A stretch of DNA of 64,000 nucleotides, from assembly GCA_950097015.1 (NCBI GenBank), contig CATNEN010000003.1, forward strand, positions 1,178,001 through 1,242,000. Direction: 5' to 3'. Both the position numbers and the translations under genes were made by a program. Position 1 is the stretch's first letter. Each line of letters begins with the position of its first letter. The notes under the pieces are model-generated. The model had not been told where the DNA came from, ran no database searches, and saw only the letters and a program-made list of their open reading frames with translations. Shown here piece by piece: positions 34,538 to 45,900 of this stretch. Source of the stretch: Macrostomum hystrix (Eukaryota > Animalia > Platyhelminthes).

Positions 34538-36513
34538 AGTACTCGTATATACAGTCTGCTTTGCGCAAGAAAATCAGTTGCAAATTTTGGCGTAGGCCTA
34601 CAATTAGGTGAGAAAAATTTAATATCAGCGTACAAACACACGCATGTCCATTTTCAATCCGGCGTACACCCAGCATGATCCGGAGTCTGGTATCTTGCTT
34701 TTTGTTTTTAGTAGTTTTTTAAGTAGCCAAACTTCAAAATGGACTGTGACAAAAAAGTTCTGAAAAGTTGCTACACTCTCATTTTACATGGCAAAATTTT
34801 TTACTATTACCCATTATGCTTTTTTATTTGACAGCAAAAATTGTTTACTGCCTTTGCACTAGGCCTATAGTACCTTAGCTTAGACTCTTAGTAACTGCTC
34901 TTTGTATGAAATGTTTATAACACTAGGATAAAATCTGGCTATCAGCTTCCAACCAATAGGAACAAGTCCAACTGACTTGTTCCAAGGATCCAACTGACTC
35001 ATTGATGATTCCAACTGAAATCGTCATATTCTGTATAGTAGGCTAAACAATTGCAAAAGTTTGGCAAAATTGTCATATCAAATTTGTTGGGTGGTTTTGC
35101 CTTTATAAGTCATAAGTCTTCATAGGCCTAATCACATAAACAGAAGTTGCCTGTTTATGTGATTAGCTCCAGGTCAGGTTTACCCTGATTGGCTCCACTC
35201 ATCTACCTTACATTTATTTTTTTCTGCAATCTGACTTTTTTTCATTCTGCTAATTACATGATTGAATGTTTCTACCTAACCTTATACAAATAAGGACCTT
35301 AACATACATTTTAGAAAACAATTCTAATGTGTTAATGAACTATATGTTACTATGACTAATAATTTAGTTGGTAGTATATGTTGAACTGTTAATTACTTTA
35401 ATTTAAATTTAAATAGAAATAGAAATTTATTTACATTTTGTAGAAATAATGAAAAAATCTTTTAATTGGCAAAAAGTTTAACTAACAGTTCAATAGGATT
35501 GCTAGTTAATTAAATTAAATAACTAAAAAGTAAATGTTTCAATACAATACATCCATAAATTCTAATCAATAACTAATTACTAAAATCAGCATAGTAGAAA
35601 GAATCAAGCAAAGATCCAACTTTTCAACCCAATATCAATTTTTCTTCATAGCTGTGACATTTCTAGCTAGCTATATAGACAATATTGGCATCAATAGCTA
35701 ATAGGCAATGTGATAGACAAATAATATCAAGGAAGTGATAAGCAATAAGCGCAGTTGCTAAATGTTATTAAACCGTTTAACTGTTTCTTACTTATACAGT
35801 TTTATAGACTAATTTTATTACTCTGCATGGCAAAATTACCAATAATGAATTATTAATGCCTCTATTCAGTTCTATGCAAATAATTTATTGCTTTTTTGTA
35901 TAGCAGATTATTAAAATTTCATGATCTATCTGAAACCAAATGTTTCAGATTGGTTTTTATCAAACCAATTGATTCAAGGTTAATTTACTTTACCATTGCC
36001 AACCAAAAAGGTACTAATGTACATGCTTATTTTATATTAAAATATTCTTTAATTAAAATGAAAGCCTAGACATTTCAAACATATAAAACACATTCTTCTC
36101 TTTAAATTAATGCAACTCTCATTCCCTGATCACTGATCAAAAAGTACTTGTCAGTAGAAGCAAAACATTCTGTTTGAGAATGAGTCTTTATCTCTCAACA
36201 TCCCTTTGAAAATTTAACTTATTTGCAATGGCTTTTTGCATATATTTCGAACAGCTTAATAATAATTGAAATTAGGAAATCATGGAAAGTGCACTATCAG
36301 AAGCAAAAGTCAAGCTTTAAAGCTGATATTTTGTATCCTATATTCTTAGAAGTATAAGAAGTCTTGCCACTGCACTGGGAACCTGCTTAGAGAGTAATAC
36401 AATTAAAACTAACAAAATTTGGGATCTAGACTGACAATCAAAACAAAAAAGCTTTTAACTATTTAATTTCCAGGTTAAAATATTTACAATTAGTAGCTTC
36501 ATATTAGACTCTA

Positions 36514-36673
36514 GAGGGGTTGGCAAAGTCTGCCATATGCAGCCATTGAAGCTCCCAAATCTGGCCTGTTGCCCCTTACAACACCTGTCGTATACTCTTT
36601 CACACCTTAAGTTTTATCTTTCCCTGTCTTATCTCTCCTCTCTCTGGCTAAAAAATACGTTTGCTGACCCCTA
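36514..36673 (+). mobile_element. Short degenerate hAT-type MITE (family of 41911-42532)
   Basis: aggggttggcaaa...gaagctcccaaatctggcc...tttgctgacccct. Confidence 0.7.
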
Positions 36674-36878
36674 TTCTAGAAAGTAATGTAATTATATCAA
36701 TATCATTATTAAAATGCTTCAGAAAAAACTTTTTTTAACAGTTTGACATTAAGTCCAATAAGATATGCGGATATTGAGTTAAGCAACAAGCACAAAGCTA
36801 TATAATCAGTTGTATCGTAGCTGTATCGTAGGCTCTGTACTGCTTAGTAAGTGACAGTAAAAACTGTCAAAATTTCAG

Positions 36879-38902
36879 CAGCGAAGCATTCAGCAACAGG
36901 GGCAGAAGCCTCCACAGCAGCAGCAGCTATCTGCTGCATCGCCCAAGTCAGCCAATGCAGCTTCAGCTGATGTTGAAGCAGTCATTCGTGATGTTCTGCG
37001 TCGAGGCGGCGCGGAGCAGCTGAAGTGTCGGTTTCTCGCCGCCTCAGCCTCATCCTCCTCTTCCTCTTCCTCCGTTGTTGGTAATGCCACCGTGGCGTCG
37101 TCCGCCGAGGCGGCTGCTGCGGCGCGCAAGGCCGCCATCGAGCAGCTGCTGGCCTGCGCCCGCGACACCGTACTGCCGGCTCACGCCTCGGCACGGGCGT
37201 CGTTGGTTCGCGCCCACGCTGTGCTGCGAGCAAAGCGCGAAAAATTGCAGAGTCGCACTGAGGAACTGCACAAACAGTTGGAGGCCATGAAGCGAGACGG
37301 CGCGCTTGGCCGACTGGTGCGTTTTCACTGAGGACTTGTTGTCATAACAAGATATAAAAAATAATGTCTCAACATCCTCCAAAGGCCGCGTACAGCTCTT
37401 CCGTCCGTAGACTAGAATTACGGCTTTGGATTACTAGTATCCAATTCGCAGTTTGGAGAAATTGAGCAATGTGGAATTATTTGTACTGCTTGTGGACACC
37501 GATTGAGTCGAGTTTCCAACTCTCGATCTATCGTGTTAAGTAGCTCGCACCTTCAAAATTTAGTTTTAGTAAATCTTGCTTCGCACCTTTGTCTTAAATA
37601 CCTAGATCCTTTAATGTGGAGTTTTTAATGTTTCTGAGTCACTAAGTCCCTAGATATTTAGGCACCTGTTGATTCAAATCTCAAGATAATTTGATTCAGA
37701 TGTCTAGATCCTTTGATTCAGATCTCTAGATCATTTGATGTAGATCTCCAGATCATTTGATTCAGATCTCTAGATCATTTGATTCAGATGTCTAGATCAT
37801 TTGATTCAGATCTCTAGATCCTTTGATTCAGATCTCTAGATCCTTTGATTCAGATCTCTAGATCATTTGATTCAGATCTCTAGATCCTTTGATTCAGATC
37901 TCTAGATCCTTTGATTCAGATCTCTAGATCATTTGATGTAGATCTCCAGATCATTTGATTCAGATCTCTAGATCCTTTGATTCAGATCTCTAGATCATTT
38001 GATTCAGATCTCTAGATCCTTTGATTCAGATCTCTAGATCCTTTGATTCAGATCTCTAGATCCTTTGATTCAGATCTCTAGATCATTTGATGTAGATCTC
38101 CAGATCATTTGATTCAGATCTCTAGATCATTTGATGTAGATCTCCAGATCATTTGATTCAGATCTCTAGATCCTTTGATTCAGATCTCTAGATCATTTGA
38201 TTCAGATGTCTAGATCATTTGATTCAGATCTCTAGATCCTTTGATTCAGATCTCTAGATCCTTTGATTCAGATCTCTAGATCATTTGATGTAGATCTCCA
38301 GATCATTTGATTCAGATCTCTAGATCCTTTGATTCAGATCTCTAGATCATTTGATTCAGATCTCTAGATCCTTTGATTCAGATCTCTAGATCATTTGATT
38401 CAGATCTCTAGATCCTTTGATTCAGATGTCTAGATCATTTGATTCAGATCAACTACAGTCATGAATTAAGAGTCCAATCGATCAATACTCTACACAGGCG
38501 GACAAACTCGATCGGATATCGTCCACGGCCGAGTCCCAGGCAGCCCGTCTAGCTGTCGTGTCTCGCTGTCTCGGCAAACGTCAGCTGTGCTCAACACGCG
38601 AGGAGCGTTTGGCGCTGGCTGAGTTGGAGTCCATTCGGTCCGATCGGCTGTCAGTGTTAGCGGCTTCGCTGGTGTCAGCTCAGAGAAAGCGGTTGGCTTT
38701 GGAATCAGCTGGCGCCGAAGAGACTCGGCTGCGACAGCAGCAGCAGCAGCAGCAATCGCTTTCTGGCATGCACTACACGAGATCTGAAGGTGTGCTGTCG
38801 CCTAAGCAGTTCAACGGTTTAACTACTGCTTTGAAAGATGAATCTGGTCGAATCCAGAGTTTGGTTTCGCGAGTCAAGACTTTGCAGGATTGTCTCGAGT
38901 GA
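36879..38902 (+). CDS. NUP88: NUP88-like C-terminal coiled-coil region (two exons, 36879-37316 and 38498-38902); 5' exons not found
   Basis: Spliced frame RLADKLDRI...STREERLALAELESI...LSPKQFNGLTTALKDESGRIQSLV resembles, from memory, the NUP88 C-terminus (RLADKYEE...SDSERDMKKEL...[24 protein letters not shown]). Confidence 0.65.
37690..38450 (+). repeat. 22-bp minisatellite (TAGATCATTTGATTCAGATCTC)n, intronic
   Basis: Tandem array. Confidence 0.97.
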
Positions 38903-39040
38903 CTGCTCAGAATGAAGCCCAATAAATGCCTACACAGGTTAATGATTGAATCTAGACCCACAGACTAGTATAATTATGACCGATTAGATGACTTGAATAA
39001 ATTTAGATCATGACTAACTATTGGATAACGACTCATTATT

Positions 39041-39655
39041 TGACCTTGAGTAAGTTTGGATAATCACTGATTATATGACCTTGAGTAAGTTTGGATAATC
39101 ACTGATTACATGACCTTGAGTAAGTTTGGATAATCACTGATTATATGACCTTGAGTAAGTTTGGATAATCACTGATTATATGACCTTGAGTAAGTTTGGA
39201 TAATCACTGATTATATGACCTTGAGTAAGTTTGGATAATCACTGATTATATGACCTTGAGTAAGTTTGGATAATCACTGATTATATGACCTTGAGTCAGT
39301 TTGGATAATCACTGATTAAATGACCTTGAGTAAGGTTGGATAATGACTCATTATATGACCTTGAGTAAGTTTGGATAATGACTCATTATATGACCTTGAG
39401 TAAGGTTAGATAAGGACTCATTATATGACCTTTATTAGGGTTGGATAATCACTTATTATATGACCCTGAGTAAGTTTGGATAATGACTCATTATATAACC
39501 TTTAGTAGGGTTGGATAATGACTCATTATATAACCTTTAGTAGGGTTGGATAATGACTCATTATATAACCTTTATCAGGGTTGGATAATCACTGATTATA
39601 TGACCTTGAGTAAGTTTGGATAATCACTGATTACATGACCTTGAGTAAGGTTGGT
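39041..39655 (+). repeat. 35-bp minisatellite (TGACCTTGAGTAAGTTTGGATAATCACTGATTATA)n
   Basis: Tandem array. Confidence 0.97.
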
Positions 39656-40235
39656 AATGACCGATCGTATTACGTTGAGTCTGGTATTTGCCTTTCGTAA
39701 TGGTTAGATTATGCCATTTTTATCGTAAAGTAAGGTTGAAATAATGGTTTTGGCTTATAATCTATCATTGATTCATTACTAAATCGGTAATTCCAAATTC
39801 TGAAATTAATACGAGGGTAAAAGTTGAGTTCAGTCATTAAGCATGTTTTATTATTTTATTTTGCTCTAATTTCGTACCTTGTAAAATCGACTGTAACACT
39901 TTAAATTTCCATCGACTATCGAATCAATAATTTCTCATACTTAGCATGTTTTACTGCGATCTTATTTTTTAGTTAAAAATAAACTCAACCAGCTAGTCTG
40001 GAATAAAACTTGTAATTATAAATAGAAACATAATTGGTGTCTATTCCCAAGTATATGACCTGGCTCACGCTTTATTTCATGTGCAGCTTTCCATTTAGAA
40101 ATTATTTTGCAGTATTTTAATTTTCGGAATAAGATTAAGAATATAGATTAAAGAACTATGACTTCTTATTTTCTGAGTTCGATATTTCGGGTCTTAAGTG
40201 TCCTATAAATCATATTTTAAGCTCCATGTTTCTAA

Positions 40236-40491
40236 GGAGGTTGTAGCCTTGTGGTTAGACTCTCGGACTTACAACTTGAAGGTTGGGGGTTCGATTCCCG
40301 ACTCCACTACATTACTTCATTTCACCCAGCTCTTGAATGGGTACCAGAATTAGAATTAGTACCACCCTCCAGTCCATGGACTGAACAGTCGTACTCAGCC
40401 TTCAGATGCGCCGCGCAATAGCTGCGGCTGTGCTGTCGGCTGCACATCTGGCCCAATTGGGGCAGGTGTAATCAATCTAATTATTATTATT
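40236..40491 (+). mobile_element. tRNA-derived SINE, family 2
   Basis: A box tagccttgtgg, B box ggttcgattcc, central cacccagctcttgaatgggtacc, (ATT)n tail. Confidence 0.8.
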
Positions 40492-40823
40492 GCTCTAAAA
40501 GCCATTTCTTGTTTTTAGTTTATAAAAAGCAAATTTAAGCTTCCCGTTTCGTGAAAAAAATATTTTCTGTCCTTTTGTTTCTAAGAAAGCTGATATTGAG
40601 CTTCCACATAAAAAATCTGATTTCTTAGGCTTGAAAAAAGATTTTTTTGACCTTAAGACATTGACCCTGGTCTCAGAGTTTCTTTGGAATATTATTTCGG
40701 GTTCCTGATTGTAGTACTTCTAGAAAGATGGCAATTGATTAAAGGATTGGGTCTACAAAGGATAAGGATTCGCTGCAAATAGTACTCAAACTGTGCTCAC
40801 TGTCGCCGACTGTCTAATCGCAG

Positions 40824-41492
40824 CCTGCCAGACGTCAGCCGGCGAAGCCAATCAACGCCAGGCCGCCAAGGCGACCTCAGCCGCTCGGCAGTTCGTCGGG
40901 GCCCACCTACAGCGCAGCCGATGCTACTTCGCCGCCTCCTGACGATCCTCAGCAGCAGGCAGACGAGTACAATTATGAATTGGAGGTGTCCTGGTGCCTA
41001 GAGCGCCTCCGGCTCACCGCGGCCAACCGAATGGAGAAGCAGCGAAGCTCGGCCGGCAGCGGCGCAGCTGCGAGCGGCTCGGCTGCCGCCGGTTCGGGAA
41101 CACCGCGGCGTCAGCTGGAGTCCGAGTTAGCTGCCATTCGCATTCTGAGCAGCGCCAGTTCTAGCAAGCTGCAGAAGCGCCAGGCAATGCGACAGCATCT
41201 CGGCGACTACAGGGCCAAGATGCGCGCTGATCTAGCCAGACAGCAGCAGCAGCGTCACCAACAGGCGGCTATGAATCGTTTGAGCACACCAATTGGTCAC
41301 GCTGTGAGAACTGTGTCGACTGCTCATTCCGCTGACACAGTTGTGGAATGTTCTGATTCTGCTGCTGCTGCTGCTCCTGATGCCGCCAATTTAGCGGCAT
41401 TGCCTGACAAGCCATCTAAGAAGGTGTTTGATTTTCGATTCAACTTTGATGTGTCCTCGTCTTCTAATCAGGCGCTTGATGAAAACAGTTGA
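40824..41492 (+). CDS. UPF0488 / C8orf33-like (DUF4615) protein, main exon; start codon probably in an upstream exon
   Basis: YELEVSWCLERL, KRQAMRQHLGDYRAKM and FRFNF signature motifs; acceptor tcgcag at 40823; no in-frame ATG before the conserved region. Confidence 0.85.
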   Translation, partial: PARRQPAKPINARPPRRPQPLGSSSGPTYSAADATSPPPDDPQQQADEYNYELEVSWCLERLRLTAANRMEKQRSSAGSGAAASGSAAAGSGTPRRQLESELAAIRILSSASSSKLQKRQAMRQHLGDYRAKMRADLARQQQQRHQQAAMNRLSTPIGHAVRTVSTAHSADTVVECSDSAAAAAPDAANLAALPDKPSKKVFDFRFNFDVSSSSNQALDENS

Positions 41493-41910
41493 GAACACTC
41501 CGATGAGTAGCTTTACCACAATGCATTGAGTCCGAGCGTTGTGTTATTTTTCTGGCCAATAATTGTATTTTTGCGTCACCTTTGCTGTTTGCTTTTACTT
41601 CCGCAAAGTTAGGCTAATTAAATGCTTTTCAAATTATTATATTATATCTATCGACTAATAACTGTTCGCATATATACTGATTTAAAAGGCCGAGGTAGAG
41701 TCTTCATTTTCTATTTCCCTTATTTTCAATATCCATTATTGCGCTGCGTATCCAAAGAATGTGTACAGCTGTTTAGTCTGTGGACTGGAAAGCGCTGGTA
41801 CACATTTTATAGCTTAGGGAAAAGCAGGTGTTACCGCCTGAACTCTCAGCAGCTCAAATGACTCTCGTTAAGAAGTATAGAAGCTTTAACTACTGGGCTA
41901 CTACCTACAC

Positions 41911-42532
41911 CAGGGGTCGGCAAACTTATTAGCTAGTGGGCCAAAAAGAGAACCTAAAAGACGGCAGCGGGCCGCATTGACTGTAGAAATATGAGATAGA
42001 GGAGAGATGAGGCACGGAAGAGACGAGACTGAGGAGAGAAAAGACATGGGAGAGACGAGACTGAGGAGAGACGAGACTGAGGTGAGATGAGACAGCGGAG
42101 AGACGAGACTGAGGTGAGATGAGACAGCGGAGAGACGAGACTGAGGAGAGATAAGACATGGGAGAGACGAGACTGAGGAGAGACGAGACTGAGGTGAGAT
42201 GAGACAGCGGAGAGACGAGACTGAGGAGAGATACGACATAAGAGAGACGAGACTGAGGAGAGACGAGACACGAGAGAGACGAGACTGAGGAGAGATGAGG
42301 CATGGGAGAGATGAGACACGGGAGAGACGAGACTGAGGAGAGATGAGACAGCGGAGAGATGAGACACGGGAGAGACGAGATTGAGGAGAGATGAGACACG
42401 GAAGAGACGAGACAGGGGAAGATTAAACAGGGGAAAGATTAAACAGGATACTGTAGGTGTCGGAAGGGGCAACGGGCCGGATTTGGGAGCTTCGAGACAT
42501 CTGGCCCGCGGGCCGGAGTTTGCCGACCCCTG
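41911..42532 (-). mobile_element. hAT (Charlie-like) MITE with an internally expanded GA-rich tandem repeat
   Basis: Perfect TIR CAGGGGTCGGCAAACT; 8-bp TSD ACCTACAC at 41903-41910 and 42533-42540. Confidence 0.95.
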
Positions 42533-42994
42533 ACCTACACTGATTAGATTTATTTCAGCTCATACTACTAATTACAGTAGCATTTATAAGTAACAGAAAA
42601 AAATTCATTTGTGTTATGAACCTGAAACCGTTGGTATCTACAAGTATTCACTCCCCAAGCCTTTATCAATAGGGAGATATTGTGCATTTGTCCGCCACCT
42701 CATCCTGACCCTACAGTGAGGGTGGGCTATTTCTCTTGTCCTTCTAGTCCTCAGAGCAAGTTCACTAGGAATGAATGCGCGAACACTGCACAACTGGGCT
42801 CTAGCCTGCTGCCGCCCAGCCATAACCCCGGCCAACCCAGCCACCCCCACAGTGGCAGATTTATGATTCGCTCTCAACTACATGCAGTCTGACACTATGC
42901 CCGTTAAATCGCTCTGCGTGTGCATAGATGCGTCCACGTCCTGCGCATTAGTCCACTGCTCCGATAGCTCTATAGCGGCTGATTCGAAGCTAGC

Positions 42995-45900
42995 ATGATT
43001 GCGTCCGCTGAATCGGCTGCTACTAAAATTCTTCGCAGTCGCGATTTTGTGCGCCAATCGTTGCGCAATTGTCTATTGAATACGACTCTGCGCGGACCCC
43101 GGCGCATTGTGACATCTGAGGTTCGCGGCCTGAGCCTGTTCTGGGCTGCCGTGTGCATCGGGTCTCTCCTGTTGCTTGTTGTGCATCTGTACCAGCTGAT
43201 GCACACTTACCTGTCCTACCAGACTTACATGCTGCAGACCGATGTGGCCCAAACCGATTCAGCTTTATTTCCGACTGAGTTTCCTGACACCGTCATCTGT
43301 CCGCATCAGATGTTCTCCGACGCTGCGCTGCAGCTGTGGTCAAACAGTTCCGTACGCTCGCCATGGAAGGTCATTCGCGATTACAAGCATCGAACTAATC
43401 GGCACTCCGATAAGCTGTTGAACTTGTCCGAGACTGACCTGCGAGTACTGCTGGACGCTTTCAACTATCCAGCCACACTGGGCTACTATCTGAACAGTCT
43501 CAACGATGCTGAAGTGCTCAGACTGGGCCGCGGCAGCGACATGCTGATCGACTGTTCCGTGGCTACCAATGGCCGTCGGCGGACGCGACATAACTGTCCT
43601 ATTAAACTGAAAAAGATCATCTACCGAAAGTATCTAGTCTGCTTGCAGGTTAGTGCACCGGCGAGTGTGAATCGCTGTTGTTAGAAACACTCCTGATTAG
43701 CTTGCAAATGAAAACGAGTACTCTTACCTGTGAATCATGATAGGCGGATTGTGTTTAAAAAATTGGCCCTCTGACGAAACTCAGAAACACGGGCCAACTT
43801 TTTGTTGCGCATCTTCCGAAACAATAATCAAGTTGCCAGCCGTCGAGATATTCAACAGTTCTGGCCGAAGATTAGATTTTTCCATATAAGAGCTAGTCTA
43901 TTTCATACACCACCCCTATACACGAATTTGCACTGTGCCCCAGTGCGGCCTTGCAAGGCCTTCAAACTTAATCTGCACGTCACCCGAATGTGCCCGCATC
44001 ATCTCCTACTTCGGTCAACGAACTTTATCTAGACGGAACTGCTGCAGACCTTCCTGAAATTCTCCCCTTGGTATTAAAACGGGCGGAAAATGGCTTTGTA
44101 GTCCTACTGTTAATTGACGCAACAAATTGCCGGTCTCTTTGAACAACAAACCACTTTGATAAATATTTCGAAAGCCAAAAAGCAAAATCGCTGCAAAGAC
44201 GTGGATTTCAAAATTTGAAACTCCACCTCAAAAAAGACAAGTGGTACATTTACTAAGCATTCACGGCTTTAATATTGCATACTCGTACGTAGTACTTGAA
44301 GAAGTGCAATTGGGAAGTGTCTATTAATTAATTCCTGCCAGGCACACCTGACACGTGCATCGCCTTCTATGGTGATCAGTTAAGCTCCCACACACAAGGG
44401 ATTCATCAGAAACCCAGCAAATGCTGCCAGCTGCACATACTTGGGGTCAGCCCATGTGCCTGCGGATTTCAAATACATTAGGCTCCTATTAAAAGTACAC
44501 TTCTAATTTGAAAGGCTTCGTTGCTTTAAACTCTTTTGGCTATATTTGTTAATATACTCGTAATTAACTATTCTCAGTGGGTGTGAAATCAGTCCTCACA
44601 GTCTCATTTGGATGTGAGATCAGTCCTCTCAGTCTCATTTGGATGTGAAATCAGTCCTCACAATGTCAGTGGGTGTGAGATCAGTCCTCACAATGTCAGT
44701 GGGTGTGAGACCAGTCCTCACAGTGTCAGTGGGTGTGAGATCAGTCCTCACAATGTCAGTGGGTGTGAGACCAGTCCTCACAGTGTCAGTGGGTGTGAGA
44801 TCAGTCCTCACAGTGTCAGCGGGTGTGAGATCAGTCCTCAAAGTGTCAGTGGGTGTGAGACCAGTCCTCACAGTGTCAGTGGGTGTGAGACCAGTCCTCA
44901 CAGTGTCAGCGGGTGTCAGAGCAGTCCTCAAAGTGTCAGTGGGTGTGAGATCAGTCCTCACAATGTCAGTGGGTGTGAGACCAGTCCTCACAGTGTCAGT
45001 GGGTGTGAGACCAGTCCTCACAGTGTCAGCGGGTGTGAGATCAGTCCTCAAAGTATCAAGTGGGTGTGAGATCAGTCCTCACAGTGTCAGCGGGTGTGAG
45101 ACCAGTCCTCACAGTGTCAGCGGGTGTGAGACCAGTCCTCACAGTGTCAGTGGGTGTGAGACCAGTCCTCACAGTGTCAGCGGGTGTCAGAGCAGTCCTC
45201 AAAGTGTCAGTGGGTGTGAGATCAGTCCTCACAGTGTCAGTGGGTGTGAGACCAGTCCTCACAGTGTCAGTGGGTGTGAGACCAGTCCTCACAGTGTCAG
45301 CGGGTGTGAGATCAGTCCTCAAAGTGTCAGCGGGTGTGAGACCAGTCCTCACAGTGTCAGCGGGTGTGAGATCAGTCCTCACAGTGTCAGCGGGTGTGAG
45401 ACCAGTCCTCACAGTGTCAGCGGGTGTGAGATCAGTCCTCAAAGTGTCAGCGGGTGTGAGACCAGTCCTCACAGTGTCAGCGGGTGTGAGATCAGTCCTC
45501 ACAGTGTCAGCGGGTGTGAGATCAGTCCTCACAATGTCAGTGGGTGTGAGATCAGTCCTCAAAGTGTCAGCGGGTGTGAGACCAGTCCTCACAGTGTCAG
45601 CGGGTGTGAGACCAGTCCTCACAGTGTCAGCTGGTGTGAGATCAGTAATGTATATAGTATTCCACACCTGGACCTTTGTGAAGGAAAAATCCGTGAAGGC
45701 TGAAGCCAGGAAGGAATTTATTTCTCAAAAGAGCAGCTGAGGAAGCTTGAGTCTCGGATTCCTAATCCTCTGCACATCTGTACGATACTCAGGCGAACTC
45801 ATATAGCAGACTATTTTATTCCATGCTCTTAAACCTCTAAACTCAGCTCATATAAAGGACTCGAATCGATATTTTCTCTCTCTGCTTCATCGGGCGCGGA

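Larger units (their letters stand above)
33208..34690. mobile_element. Non-autonomous DNA element, imperfect TIR CCA(C/G)ACTCCG, 8-bp TSD; hosts two nested MITEs
   Basis: TSD TATCTTGC at 33200-33207 and 34691-34698; subterminal tacgccggatt / ggcgtac motifs at both ends. Confidence 0.75.

Noticed and set aside
40236-40310. Functional tRNA gene
   Set aside because: The tRNA-like head continues into a SINE body and (ATT)n tail, with no clean cloverleaf or Pol III terminator.
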